Positions 28,176 to 37,946 of a stretch of DNA of 52,115 nt are shown here, in pieces. The stretch is from a virus. Its lineage: Duplodnaviria > Caudoviricetes. The stretch lies in the IMG/VR virus record IMGVR_UViG_3300034175_000039, positions 1-52,115 of that record; one strand, 5' to 3'. The position numbers were made by a program, and so were the translations under genes. Position 1 is the first letter of the stretch; each line of letters begins with the position of its first letter. The notes beneath the pieces were generated by a model that saw only the letters and a program-made list of their open reading frames with translations, was not told the origin of the DNA and did not search any database.

Positions 28176-29005
28176 CAATGACGATGCATCACATTTCCCT
28201 TTCCGGTGGTCTTGCTAGTGCGGCAAATGCTTTATTAGCTTATCAGTCAGGTGAACCCTTTATGATGTGGTTCGCTGATACGACAATCGAAGATGATGAC
28301 CTTTATCGTTTTGTTTATGATATTGAACGTCTAAACATCGGGCCATTAATCCGTTTGAAGGATGGTCGTGATCCATGGGACGTGTTTGTTGACGAACAGT
28401 ATATTGGCAACAGTCGTGTTGCACCTTGTTCGCGTGTTTTAAAGACTGACCTAATCGAGCGTCATTTAGAAACGCTAGCAGTGCCAACCGATACTATCGT
28501 GATTGGCTTTAGCTATGACGAAGAGGAACGGCAGGAACGGGCAATCAAGCGTTGGTCGCCCCGCCCCGTGCGGTCTTTCATTGCGGAACAACGATTGAGC
28601 GGGCAACACGTTGAACAGCTTGTGTGCGGCTTATGGGGCATCCGTAAGCCGCGTCTGTATGACATGGGATTTATACATAACAATTGCGGCGGTATGTGTG
28701 TTCGTGGCGGTCAAGGTCAGTTCGCTACGTTACTGGATAAGCGTCCGGCGCTTTATATGAAACACGAACAGCGCAACGAATGGGCACGCAAACAAATTCA
28801 ACAAAAGGCAAATGAACGCATTGCCGCTGGCACTTATCGCGGTAAAAGTGGCGAAGGTTCCAGCGGCGGATTTATTCGTGTTCGACGTGAAGGGGTTACC
28901 GAATATCTCCACATGAAGGAATTTCGCGAACGCGTTCAATCTGGCGAGTTGATCCCGGCACGTTATGAAATGGGCGGTTGTGGTTGCTTTACTGACGATG
29001 CATAA
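28172..29005 (+). CDS. PP-loop / PAPS-reductase-like protein with Cys cluster
   Basis: ISLSGGLAS, FADT..ED.DLYRF, CSRVLK, HNNCGGMC and terminal GGCGCF. Confidence 0.75.
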   Translation: MTMTMHHISLSGGLASAANALLAYQSGEPFMMWFADTTIEDDDLYRFVYDIERLNIGPLIRLKDGRDPWDVFVDEQYIGNSRVAPCSRVLKTDLIERHLETLAVPTDTIVIGFSYDEEERQERAIKRWSPRPVRSFIAEQRLSGQHVEQLVCGLWGIRKPRLYDMGFIHNNCGGMCVRGGQGQFATLLDKRPALYMKHEQRNEWARKQIQQKANERIAAGTYRGKSGEGSSGGFIRVRREGVTEYLHMKEFRERVQSGELIPARYEMGGCGCFTDDA

Positions 29006-29016
29006 CCAAACACTAA

Positions 29017-29048
29017 ACCGCCCGGCTGCATATGATGCGCCGGGCGGT
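29017..29048. terminator. GC-rich hairpin between convergent transcription units
   Basis: ACCGCCCGGC...GCCGGGCGGT. Confidence 0.65.
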
Positions 29049-29210
29049 CGGGGATTTCTATAATTGTCGCGTGCATCGTTTGAAGCGGCATACACTATCG
29101 CCGCCCGGCTAGCCGTATTCAGGTTGGCGCGTCAGCGCAGTGGCGATCATTGGTCAAAACCCTTGCATCGGGGAACTGAAACGTAGCGCCGGCTACGCGG
29201 TTGTCAACCG

Positions 29211-29447
29211 TTAAAAATTACGAGCGCGCGATTGCGCCAGTTGCTGTTCATGATCCATGTCAAGCCGATAACATTCCATGAACCGCTCCATCAAATCGGG
29301 CTTGTCCGCCCTTTTCTGCGCTTGGGCGACATTGTTGAAATAAACCGGATAATCATCGTGATCGAAAGTGTCACACATAACTAACATATGCGTCGCACAG
29401 TCCGGGGCTTTTGCAAGCCATTCGCGAATTTCGGCCTTGGTGGTCAT
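29211..29447 (-). CDS. Hypothetical protein
   Basis: THMLVMCDTFDHDDYPVY motif; AGGGA RBS. Confidence 0.65.
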   Translation of the reverse strand: MTTKAEIREWLAKAPDCATHMLVMCDTFDHDDYPVYFNNVAQAQKRADKPDLMERFMECYRLDMDHEQQLAQSRARNF

Positions 29448-29465
29448 TTTTATTTCCCTAATGCT

Positions 29466-30032
29466 TTACAATTTCACGTTAAACAAATGGTCCAACGCGT
29501 TCAATTCATCGTTGCTTGCTTGTGCAGCAACCATGCTTAGCGCGGCGATAACGTCGGTGGTGACAATCCGGTCGCTTAGGGCGAATTCCGCCAAGGCTTG
29601 ACGGATTGTCGTGGCCCGTACGGCATTTGCTGCGTCGGTCGCGGCACGCTTAACGTCCCGAACCCTAGCGTTATGAGCTTCCACAATTTGCGTGATTGCG
29701 TCGCTGTCCAAGCGGAGAAATTGACTATTGTTGCATTGGCCGATATTCATGGCTTTGATAGCGTGATCCACGGCGGCGCGGTGTGCTTGAACCTCTAATT
29801 TGCCGGTTTTATATTTACCAAATTTTGGCTGAACGATCAAATTTTTGTAAAGCGTCGCGCCTAGCTGCCAACCACGTGCGACGCTGTGCGTCATCCACAC
29901 GTGGTAACGATGTTCGCCCGCTTCGAAATGAAGCGCGATATTCGCATATCGGCCATCATAGCATTCGATTTCGCGATTATCTTTGTCGCTAAAAATGAAA
30001 ATGTTTTTGATGTTCTTGATCGCAATAGCCAT
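29466..30032 (-). CDS. Hypothetical early protein
   Basis: GGAG RBS; promoter copy C upstream. Confidence 0.6.
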   Translation of the reverse strand: MAIAIKNIKNIFIFSDKDNREIECYDGRYANIALHFEAGEHRYHVWMTHSVARGWQLGATLYKNLIVQPKFGKYKTGKLEVQAHRAAVDHAIKAMNIGQCNNSQFLRLDSDAITQIVEAHNARVRDVKRAATDAANAVRATTIRQALAEFALSDRIVTTDVIAALSMVAAQASNDELNALDHLFNVKL

Positions 30033-30059
30033 GTTGGTCACTCCGCTGATAATTCGACC

Positions 30060-30088
30060 TTCCTATCAGTCGTCGCAATGGTCGTCAA
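30060..30088 (-). promoter_or_regulatory. Sigma70-like promoter, family copy C
   Basis: Minus strand TTGACG-accattgcgacgactga(17 nt)-TAGGAA. Confidence 0.65.
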
Positions 30089-30278
30089 GCGTTAAATTGC
30101 GCAATGTGTGTTTCCATGCCGCTTCCGCTGACCGACCGATGCCAAGTTCGATCTTGCTGCGCCGGGTGAGATAGACGGTATATCCGCCTTCGGTCTTACG
30201 ACACATGGCCAGCGGTTTCATTGCAAGCACAAGGTCAACAGTTGATCCCGGCTTAAAATGAAACCGATAGTTGGTCAT
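30066..30278 (-). CDS. Hypothetical protein
   Basis: ATGA overlap with the exonuclease stop; LGIGRSAEAAW. Confidence 0.5.
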   Translation of the reverse strand: MTNYRFHFKPGSTVDLVLAMKPLAMCRKTEGGYTVYLTRRSKIELGIGRSAEAAWKHTLRNLTLDDHCDD

Positions 30279-31078
30279 GCGCCGCGTAACGGCGCTTTGA
30301 TGCCTTCCATATCTTCGCCAAGCCTTTCGAACGAATAACCGGCGTTCTGTTGCACGATCCACACTGACATATGATCGATATGAGCGACGGCGGTGCGGAG
30401 TGATGCCAGCGGAGCGCGTAGCCGCTCATAGGCCGCACAGACGGCGCGTGCCTGCGCTATGGCGTCATCTAGGGCGTGGTGATGCGTGCCGACGTTGAAC
30501 GGCTCCAATCCCTTGTGCGGGTCCATTCCAGCGGCTTCCAAGATCGTCCGGGTGTCACGCGGCGCGCGATAGTGCCACGGCACCGGCAAGCCGACCGCAT
30601 GATAAGCCGCGTCCAATATGGACACGTCGAACGTTGGACCGTGCGACCATATGAGATTGGCCGGGTTGATCCCATCGGGATAATGCAAGAACGTAAATGG
30701 TCGTTCGGTGGACAGACTTTCCAGCCATAGCGCAAACCGCAACAGCGCGTCGCGCAAATCAACGGGATCGCCGAACGCCGCCTGTGCGTCGGTGCTTTGA
30801 TCCTTCCACCATTGAACCGTTTCGGGATCACGGGTTAGCGGGTACTTGCGATATTGATCCGGGCAATCGTTATCATTGTAACCGGGCATTGCCACCGGAT
30901 TATCGGTCGCCACATAGAACGCGCCTTCAAGGAAGCGTAAGCGGTGCCCCGGTTCAGCACTGGCATCCCAACATGGTATATTGCCGGTCAGTGGATCGAA
31001 TACGCATGCGCCGATGCTGCGAAGGTCACAGCCGGGACGCTTGCCCCATGTTTCAAGGTCAAGCATTACGTGGATCAT
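30275..31078 (-). CDS. DEDDh 3'-5' exonuclease (RNase AS / ExoVIII-N-like)
   Basis: MLDLET, SIGAC, WSHGPTFDVSIL, RDTRT and HHALDDA motifs. Confidence 0.88.
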   Translation of the reverse strand: MIHVMLDLETWGKRPGCDLRSIGACVFDPLTGNIPCWDASAEPGHRLRFLEGAFYVATDNPVAMPGYNDNDCPDQYRKYPLTRDPETVQWWKDQSTDAQAAFGDPVDLRDALLRFALWLESLSTERPFTFLHYPDGINPANLIWSHGPTFDVSILDAAYHAVGLPVPWHYRAPRDTRTILEAAGMDPHKGLEPFNVGTHHHALDDAIAQARAVCAAYERLRAPLASLRTAVAHIDHMSVWIVQQNAGYSFERLGEDMEGIKAPLRGA

Positions 31079-32004
31079 TGGTTGTCCTTTATGGTTTCCA
31101 TGGAAACTACGCTATCAAGTCGTGCGCGCCAATATTCTTGACCATCGCGATTGAAGATGATCCAACCGCCCGGCGCATCATTGAAAAAGCTATCAGCTTC
31201 AATGATGCGTAAATCTTGACCGTATTTCATTTCTATTCGAAACTTAAACATTGCCGGTTCCTTTCGCAGCGTCCTTGCGGTCGCATAGGTGTTCGATAGT
31301 TTGTGCGAACGTTGGTTTGAAGCCGAATTGTCCGGTCAGCGCGTTTTGCGCGTCGGTCAGCTTGGCGAACACCGTGCCGCTAAGTGATACGGTGCGGTCA
31401 TTCCGTTTCATCATTCATGCTCTCAACTGGCGGTGTGATCATCCATGCTTGGCGCATGTCGCATATCGACGTAACGAACCGGCGTAGCTGCCATGGCATG
31501 TCGTCATAGGTGCCGGGCGGTTCAGGCGGCGGAACGAATAAGTCGGCGTTGGTTACTGGATTTAGCTCGGCTTGCGATGCGCGCACCATCCACGCGCGCC
31601 GCACAGAAAACATGGCGATGATGGTAAATCGGTTTCGGTCCCGCCCGTCCGACGCCCATATTCGAAGTCACGGGGATTGACGGGAACGGGTGGTGGCGAT
31701 GCTGGCGGCGGTGGTCTGACCGATTGCGGTTTGATCGGCGCGGCAATGCGTTCCGCTTTGCGTTGTGGCATCGGGACCGCCGACGTGGCCGGTGTGATGA
31801 TTGGATCGCTCATTGTTTATTGGCACCTTTCAAACGTTTGACCTTTTTGCGGCATGCGGCGCAGTCGTCCGGGCTGTCATCGTTGCCAAGTTCACCGATG
31901 CGACCAAGGGTCATCCAACGACCACACAATGACCGGCCATCATCGTTAAAGAAATGCCATTTGGTGGCATTGTCGAGTTTCTTCCATCCGATAACAGCGG
32001 TCAT
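31075..32004 (-). other. Cluster of small coupled hypothetical genes (about 31075-31251, 31244-31414, 31562-31813, 31810-32004)
   Basis: Short ORFs with start/stop overlaps, several Cys-rich; two are below the ORF-track cutoff. Confidence 0.5.
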
Positions 32005-32492
32005 AGCCTGCCATTCTTATAGGTGAGTTTGTGACCTTTGATGCTGTCGAGGTTGCCGTTCAGGTGTTGTGAAACCGCTGACTGCGAACAGCCTAGTGCG
32101 CGGGCGGCGGCGGCTTGTGAGGCGTACTCGCGCGCGTCATCGCCGACGATGGTGCGCTTGGCGGCAAATAGATTGTAGCCGTGCAAATTGCATCGTGGCA
32201 TCGTGGTAAACGACTTGACGTGCTTGACGGTAAAATTGAACGCCTCGCGTCGGTCCGCCGTTGTTTTGATGATGCGGACGATCAACGGATAACCGATAGC
32301 GGCAAGCTGGCACCAATCGCTATTATTGCGGGCTTCTCGCATTTGATACACGTCGATAAGCTTGCACGTCGCCACGTATATAAGTGTTGGTGGTTGGCCA
32401 GCTTCAAACATCATATGATGTTCATACACGCACCACACGTCCGGTACGTTCATGGCGTTCGGGACGGCTAGGTTACAATCTTGCTCTTGCAT
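32001..32492 (-). CDS. Protein with C-terminal NUMOD1-like HTH, possibly a degenerate homing endonuclease
   Basis: EYASQAAAARALGCSQSAVSQHL...IKGH; N-terminal CVYEH...LIYV is GIY-YIG-like but degenerate. Confidence 0.5.
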   Translation of the reverse strand: MQEQDCNLAVPNAMNVPDVWCVYEHHMMFEAGQPPTLIYVATCKLIDVYQMREARNNSDWCQLAAIGYPLIVRIIKTTADRREAFNFTVKHVKSFTTMPRCNLHGYNLFAAKRTIVGDDAREYASQAAAARALGCSQSAVSQHLNGNLDSIKGHKLTYKNGRL

Positions 32493-33003
32493 TACTGCGG
32501 TTCGCTTTCAAAGGTGACCGTCCAACCGGTCGCGCGATGTAATTTAAAATCGCATGCCGTCGCGCCGGTTTGATCGTCGGGCGGATATGGTATGTGCTTG
32601 TATCTTGCGAACGCCCAACCCTTGCGTTGGCAATCTATATAAATCGGCGTGATATGAAATTTCCATTCGCCGGGGCGGTGTGGATCGGGTTGGAAGTCGG
32701 GCGGTGTGTCGCCATGGCCATCTTGTGCCAGCGCCGCCGCGAACGTTGCCACGCCCATCATGATCACGTCGGGGAATGGTGTTGTCCGGCTCAACCCTTT
32801 ACGCATGATCGCTTGTGCGATTGGTCGTGTTGCGGTGGTCATTGCTCATTTTCCGCGTTGTGTAATTGCTGAAAACACGCAGGGCCGGTTGGTTCGCGCA
32901 TTGCACGACATAAGCAATCATCGCGATGTTGCGCGCTCGCAATTAGGTCGCGTTGCCATTCGGCGTGTTTCGCTTTGCGCCACCGGCGTTCCTGCGTTGT
33001 CAT
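32492..33003 (-). other. Two hypothetical genes (32492-32842 and 32839-33003)
   Basis: Coupled ORFs; AAGGA RBS and a TTGACA at about 33056 upstream. Confidence 0.5.
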
Positions 33004-33060
33004 AGTCGGTGGTCCTTCTTCGCTGCTACCGTGACGCGGGTGGGCGGGGTTGTCAACCAC

Positions 33061-33340
33061 TGATATCACTTTTATTAGCGTTATTAATTATGGCGCTTGG
33101 CGGTCAGTAATTATCGATATGGTAAATTATGGTTCGATGATCGTTTGGTAAATTGTGTCATTTGCTAATGGTAAATTATGTAATTAGCGAAAAGAGGCGT
33201 TTTTCTAACCCTAAGGGAACTGATTAATAAGTAATCATAAGTAATATAACATTAAGATATCACTAATTATCACTTACTAATCACTCCTGCAAGAAATTGA
33301 AAAACGCTCAATTTCGCTAATTACATAATTTGACGTAATT
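33061..33340. repeat. AT-rich non-coding locus with a 33-bp inverted repeat and short direct repeats (candidate replication origin)
   Basis: Arms 33173-33205 and 33299-33331 match at 29/33 positions; GGTAAATT(A/G)TG occurs three times in 33121-33180. Confidence 0.7.
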
Positions 33341-34973
33341 TACAGTAACGACCGGCTTGCGTTAATTACATCATTTATGTAATCATCATCGCACCACGCC
33401 ATATCAAAGCGTCCGGGCGGCATCGGTCGGTCAACCGGTCGTGTCATTTTAGCCGTCCCGAACGCGGCAAAGGCAAAGCGTGGATCGCTGCTATGCCGAT
33501 TGATCGCCCGGCGTACCGGCTCAACCATGCGTAGCGCGTGTTTCCACTGGCCAAACGGCCCCATTAGCCATGACGTGCGTTGGTTGGCCGTACCGCCGTC
33601 TAGGATGGCTGTGACGTAGAACCCACGATGGTCCTTGCGTTTGGTCATTACCAACGGTCAGCGAAAAAATAACCATCATCGTTGATATCGGTCACGCGAA
33701 CGGCGATCCATTTATGTCCGACGCCTTCTTTGACGCGTATCACGTTGCCAATGGCGATAGTGTCGCGCCCATGCACTCGCACCAATGCCGGGACAGTACC
33801 TAATTTGCATGACACGTCATAGCGTGGCGATTGGCGCGGTCGCTTGGCACGCTCGCGATATTCGCTTTGAAGATCGGCAAGAGCGTCACGCAAAGGCTGT
33901 TGCGCGCGGTCGATATCCTCATTGCTCATTATCGCGATCCTATCACTATGGTCATCTTGAATATCCACCATTGCTTAATCATGATATAGGTTACGTCGGA
34001 ATAACCGTTGCGGCGATTGTAATATTTGCCATATTCTACGCAACCTTCAAGCGTGTCGAATAAACCGGATCGCTTAGCAGGTGTGCCATATATGAAGGCA
34101 TATCTAGTGATCATTGTTCCGGCTCCCTTTGGTCGGCGTGACCTTCCCAATATCCGGCGCTGTACGCGTTGGGATGCCAATCGCGGTCGTTACCGGACCA
34201 CATGCGATAACCATAGAAGCCGTCCGAATAACCCGCACTGAACGCCTTACGGTCATCCGGGTCGCGATAGTCGCGTGCGTCGCGCTTGGCGTCGTGTGCC
34301 CATGCCATGGCTTAGATCGCTTCCACGGCGGCAAGAGCGGCCTTCAATGCGTCGATTAGAGCGACTTTGTTGGCGGTCATTGCAGGTATGTCGTAAGCGG
34401 TCTTGACGGCGCGCTGTGCCGTACGCTCACGCTGTTGCGTTTCCATTTTAGGCCGTCGTTGGTCGTATTGATCTTTGGTGATCAAGAACGCCTTGTCATG
34501 CATTGTTCCGCCGCGTTCAAATCCATTGGTCATGAATGAAACGGGTGATGATATGCCAAAATCAATTTGGACAACCCCGATAGCTGATTTTTTTATTACA
34601 GTTCCTTCACGAACCTCAACGCGACTATATTTGCCGAAATCAGCGTATGCTTTGTCGCCGACGTTTAACGTGGTGGTGGTTTGAATGTTGGTGAGCATGA
34701 TTATGCGTTCCTCTTGTTATGTTCATCCATGATGATGCAGAGATCAAATTTACTGATCTGTTCCACCTGATAAGCGTCAAACGCTTGATCGCTGGCGGCG
34801 TAATAGGTTTTCATCGCGCCTAGCCGACCCGCAAACGGTGCTTGCCGCTTCACTAGAGCGCCGCTCTTAACGGCTGCGTTCAGTGCGCGAAGATCGTTCG
34901 CGTTAAGCTGACCGATATTGCATACGGGTCGAACCATTGCGAAAGCTGGCCAAGTGCTGGTTACGTTGTTCAT
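33340..34973 (-). other. Leftward early operon of small hypothetical genes (33340-33654, 33648-33929, 33929-34114, 34111-34308, 34312-34698, 34701-34973)
   Basis: Tightly tiled minus-strand ORFs downstream of promoter copy D. Confidence 0.55.
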
Positions 34974-34979
34974 GTGATC

Positions 34980-35008
34980 GGTATAATGGTCATTGCGATG
35001 GTCGTCAA
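34980..35008 (-). promoter_or_regulatory. Sigma70-like promoter, family copy D
   Basis: Minus strand TTGACG-accatcgcaatgaccat(17 nt)-TATACC, followed 6 nt later by ATG. Confidence 0.8.
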
Positions 35009-35075
35009 GCATAAAATGACAAATATGCAAAATTATTGACCGATTATGGCAGGGCGCGGTATGCCGCTCGATAAG

Positions 35076-35708
35076 ATGAATATGCCCGCCGCCCCTATCA
35101 GCTTCGCGAGCGCGTACCGCCAGCTACGCCCGACCGAAAAGGCGTTCGTGGATGGCTATGTGGCGGACGTGGAACGCGAAGCGAACCGTAAGGCGGAACG
35201 GATATCGTTGGCGCTACACCGTGCCATCCCTAGCCATGTGGTTGAGGCGTCACGCGGCATGCTGGATCGCCCCATGGTGCGTGCTGCGATCACCGAACGT
35301 ATCAACGATCTTGCCGCCGCGTCCGAACTGACCGTTCATCGGGTCATTAAAGAATTGATGGGCGTGGCGTTCGCTAGCGTTGGCGATTACATGCAAGTCG
35401 GCGAAGATGGTCAACCATGGTTCGACCTTGCCCGGTGCACGCCGGAACAACTGGCGTCCATTAAATCGATCAAGATCGAAGAGAGTGGCGGCGGTGATCT
35501 ATCGCGCCCCAATCGTCGCAAGTTTGAATTCGTGCTTCACGATAAGCTAGCCGGGATCAAGATGCTTGCTGATTATATGGGGCTGTTGGAGCGCGACAAT
35601 CCGCACTGGCGGCAAGATCAAGCCCGCCCGGTTCAGCAACCCGCCTTGCCCGCTACGATGACCACAGACGGCGCAGCGGACGTGTATTCGCAAATGATCA
35701 ACGGGTGA
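35076..35708 (+). CDS. terS: Terminase small subunit (start uncertain, 35046-35082)
   Basis: LRPTEKAFV, ML.RP.VRAAI, VIKEL..VAFA, LHDKLAGIKMLADYMG pattern; upstream of TerL. Confidence 0.8.
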   Translation: MNMPAAPISFASAYRQLRPTEKAFVDGYVADVEREANRKAERISLALHRAIPSHVVEASRGMLDRPMVRAAITERINDLAAASELTVHRVIKELMGVAFASVGDYMQVGEDGQPWFDLARCTPEQLASIKSIKIEESGGGDLSRPNRRKFEFVLHDKLAGIKMLADYMGLLERDNPHWRQDQARPVQQPALPATMTTDGAADVYSQMING

Positions 35709-35986
35709 TGGCTATGGATGACAACGTTGAACCTATTCGTAGCCATATTTTGCCCGTTATGGATGCGGGGCGCGAGATGGTTCAATACGTTGCCGAACAG
35801 CTTGCCAACTATGTTAGCGAAAATGGTGAACAGCCTGCCGCTATCGCGTTCGTTTTTGTTGGCCCCGATAAAGCGGCAAGCGATACGTCGGCGTATTCTT
35901 GGACGCCGTTAGACGATGATCGTTCGCGTTTACAATGTTGCGCGGTCGCGTCGGCGGTGTTGATGAAACGCGCGTTGGGGATTTGA
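35708..35986 (+). CDS. Hypothetical protein
   Basis: Coupled ORF between terS and terL. Confidence 0.5.
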   Translation: MAMDDNVEPIRSHILPVMDAGREMVQYVAEQLANYVSENGEQPAAIAFVFVGPDKAASDTSAYSWTPLDDDRSRLQCCAVASAVLMKRALGI

Positions 35987-35997
35987 ATACCTAGCCG

Positions 35998-37722
35998 ATG
36001 TTCTTTGCAAGTAACGCCGATCTGTTCGTTCCATACACGGTCGCAGCGCCGTCAGTGGTGCCGTGGAAGCCGGTGCCGCTCGCGCATGACCAATGGCCAC
36101 CGGACTATCGTGCGGTCTATGCGTGGCGCGTCCAACAACTGAACGCATTGCGCAGTAACGCCGCTTTGCTCGCGTCGGCAAAGGCATATTATCGCACGCG
36201 TCCCGGTGAATTTATTATGCACTGGATGGACACCTATAATCCGCGCAAGATCGGATCGAAATGGGTGCCGTTCATACTGTTCATCAAACAAGCTGAATTT
36301 ATTCAGTTCTTGGAACAGTTGGATCAAGACGAAGAAAACGGATTGGTCGAAAAGTGTCGCGACATTGGTGCCACATGGCTTGCCAGCGGTTACAGTGTCA
36401 CCAAATGGCTATTTGACCGCGATGACGCAACCGGATGGGGATCGCGCAAGCAAGAGTTGGTTGACAAGCTTGGTGATCCTGACAGTATCTTTGAAAAGAT
36501 GCGTCTGTTGGTCAAGCGGTTGCCTGATATATGGTTACCCGATGGCTTTAAGTCGCGTGATCATGCAACGTTTATGAAGTTGATCAATCCTGAAAATGGA
36601 TCAACGATCACCGGTGAAAGTGGTGACAATATCGGTCGTGGTGGTCGTAAGAAACGTTATTTCAAGGATGAAAGTGCCCATTATGAACGACCGGAAAAGA
36701 TAGAAGCGGCGCTAGGTGATAACACCAACGTTCAAATCGATATGTCGTCCGTCAATGGATTGGGCAATGTATTCCATCGTCGGCGTGAGAGCGGATACGA
36801 TTGGCATCCCGGCGCAGTGATCCCGAAGGGCGAAACGCGCGTGTTCGTCTTTGATTGGCGTGATCATCCCGAAAAGACGCAAGGTTGGTATGATCAGCGC
36901 AAGGCGAAGGCTGAACGCGAAGGCATGCAACATGTTTTCGCGCAAGAAGTGGACCGCAATTATAGCGCCGCCGTCCAAAACACGATCATTCCCTATGAGT
37001 GGTTGCAAGCGTGTGTTGATGCTCATCTAAAAGTTCCATATCTTCGCATACCGCCTGCCGATGTATGGATGGCAGGCTTAGACGTTGCTGACGAAGGGAT
37101 GGACCGTAACGCGCTGGCGCTGCGCCAATGGATCATCTTGCGCAGCGTCGAAGAATGGGGCGAATGCGATCCCGGTGCCACCGCGCGTCGCTCTATTGAA
37201 GCTGTTCGTCATCTTAAGGGGATCAAGGTTCAATACGATAGTATCGGCATTGGATCGAACATCAAATCGGAATACAACCGACTATGCGGTGAAGGCGTTA
37301 TTACGCCGCAAATGGTACAATACGTCGCGTGGAACGCTGGCGGCGAAGTCATCAATAAATATGATCGCATTATTCCCGACGATGATGATAGCCTTTACAA
37401 TAAAGATTTTTTCGCCAACTTTAAAGCACAAGCTTGGTGGTCGTTGCGGTCGCGCGTCTATAAGACGTGGCGTGCGGTTACGTTTGGCGACGTGTATCCT
37501 GCCGATGAACTGATATCGTTCGATAGCGGTATGACATTGTTGCACCAACTGTTGAAAGAATTAGCACAGCCGGTTAGCAAGGCGAGCGCAGGGCTTAAGA
37601 CCATGGTGGACAAGAAACCACCGGGCACCAAATCACCGAACCTTGCGGATGCCGTGGTTATGGCGTATTTCCCGGCGCAAGACCAAGGCGTTTACGCTAT
37701 CATCGGGAATTATTCAGGATGA
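35998..37722 (+). CDS. terL: Terminase large subunit
   Basis: EKCRDIGAT (Walker A variant), GRGGR, KDESAH, SSVNG; nuclease GLDVADEGMD and KSPNLADA. Confidence 0.92.
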   Translation: MFFASNADLFVPYTVAAPSVVPWKPVPLAHDQWPPDYRAVYAWRVQQLNALRSNAALLASAKAYYRTRPGEFIMHWMDTYNPRKIGSKWVPFILFIKQAEFIQFLEQLDQDEENGLVEKCRDIGATWLASGYSVTKWLFDRDDATGWGSRKQELVDKLGDPDSIFEKMRLLVKRLPDIWLPDGFKSRDHATFMKLINPENGSTITGESGDNIGRGGRKKRYFKDESAHYERPEKIEAALGDNTNVQIDMSSVNGLGNVFHRRRESGYDWHPGAVIPKGETRVFVFDWRDHPEKTQGWYDQRKAKAEREGMQHVFAQEVDRNYSAAVQNTIIPYEWLQACVDAHLKVPYLRIPPADVWMAGLDVADEGMDRNALALRQWIILRSVEEWGECDPGATARRSIEAVRHLKGIKVQYDSIGIGSNIKSEYNRLCGEGVITPQMVQYVAWNAGGEVINKYDRIIPDDDDSLYNKDFFANFKAQAWWSLRSRVYKTWRAVTFGDVYPADELISFDSGMTLLHQLLKELAQPVSKASAGLKTMVDKKPPGTKSPNLADAVVMAYFPAQDQGVYAIIGNYSG

Positions 37723-37946
37723 CCATAGTTGTCAGGATCACAAAGCCGCAACAGAAAGCCCTTGATTGGTTGAACGATCATGGCGGCGATGGTGCATTCG
37801 TCCAAGGTGGCGCGACGATTATTGCACAAGGCGAGATTGCGCCGCATCAACGCGAAACATGGGTTGCTCTTCGCGATGCCCGACGCGTTGAATTCTATAA
37901 TGGCGCGGGCCGAGGCTACGGGCGTGTACGGATCGTCAAGTCATGA
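37719..37946 (+). CDS. Hypothetical protein
   Basis: ATGA overlaps at both ends. Confidence 0.55.
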   Translation: MTIVVRITKPQQKALDWLNDHGGDGAFVQGGATIIAQGEIAPHQRETWVALRDARRVEFYNGAGRGYGRVRIVKS

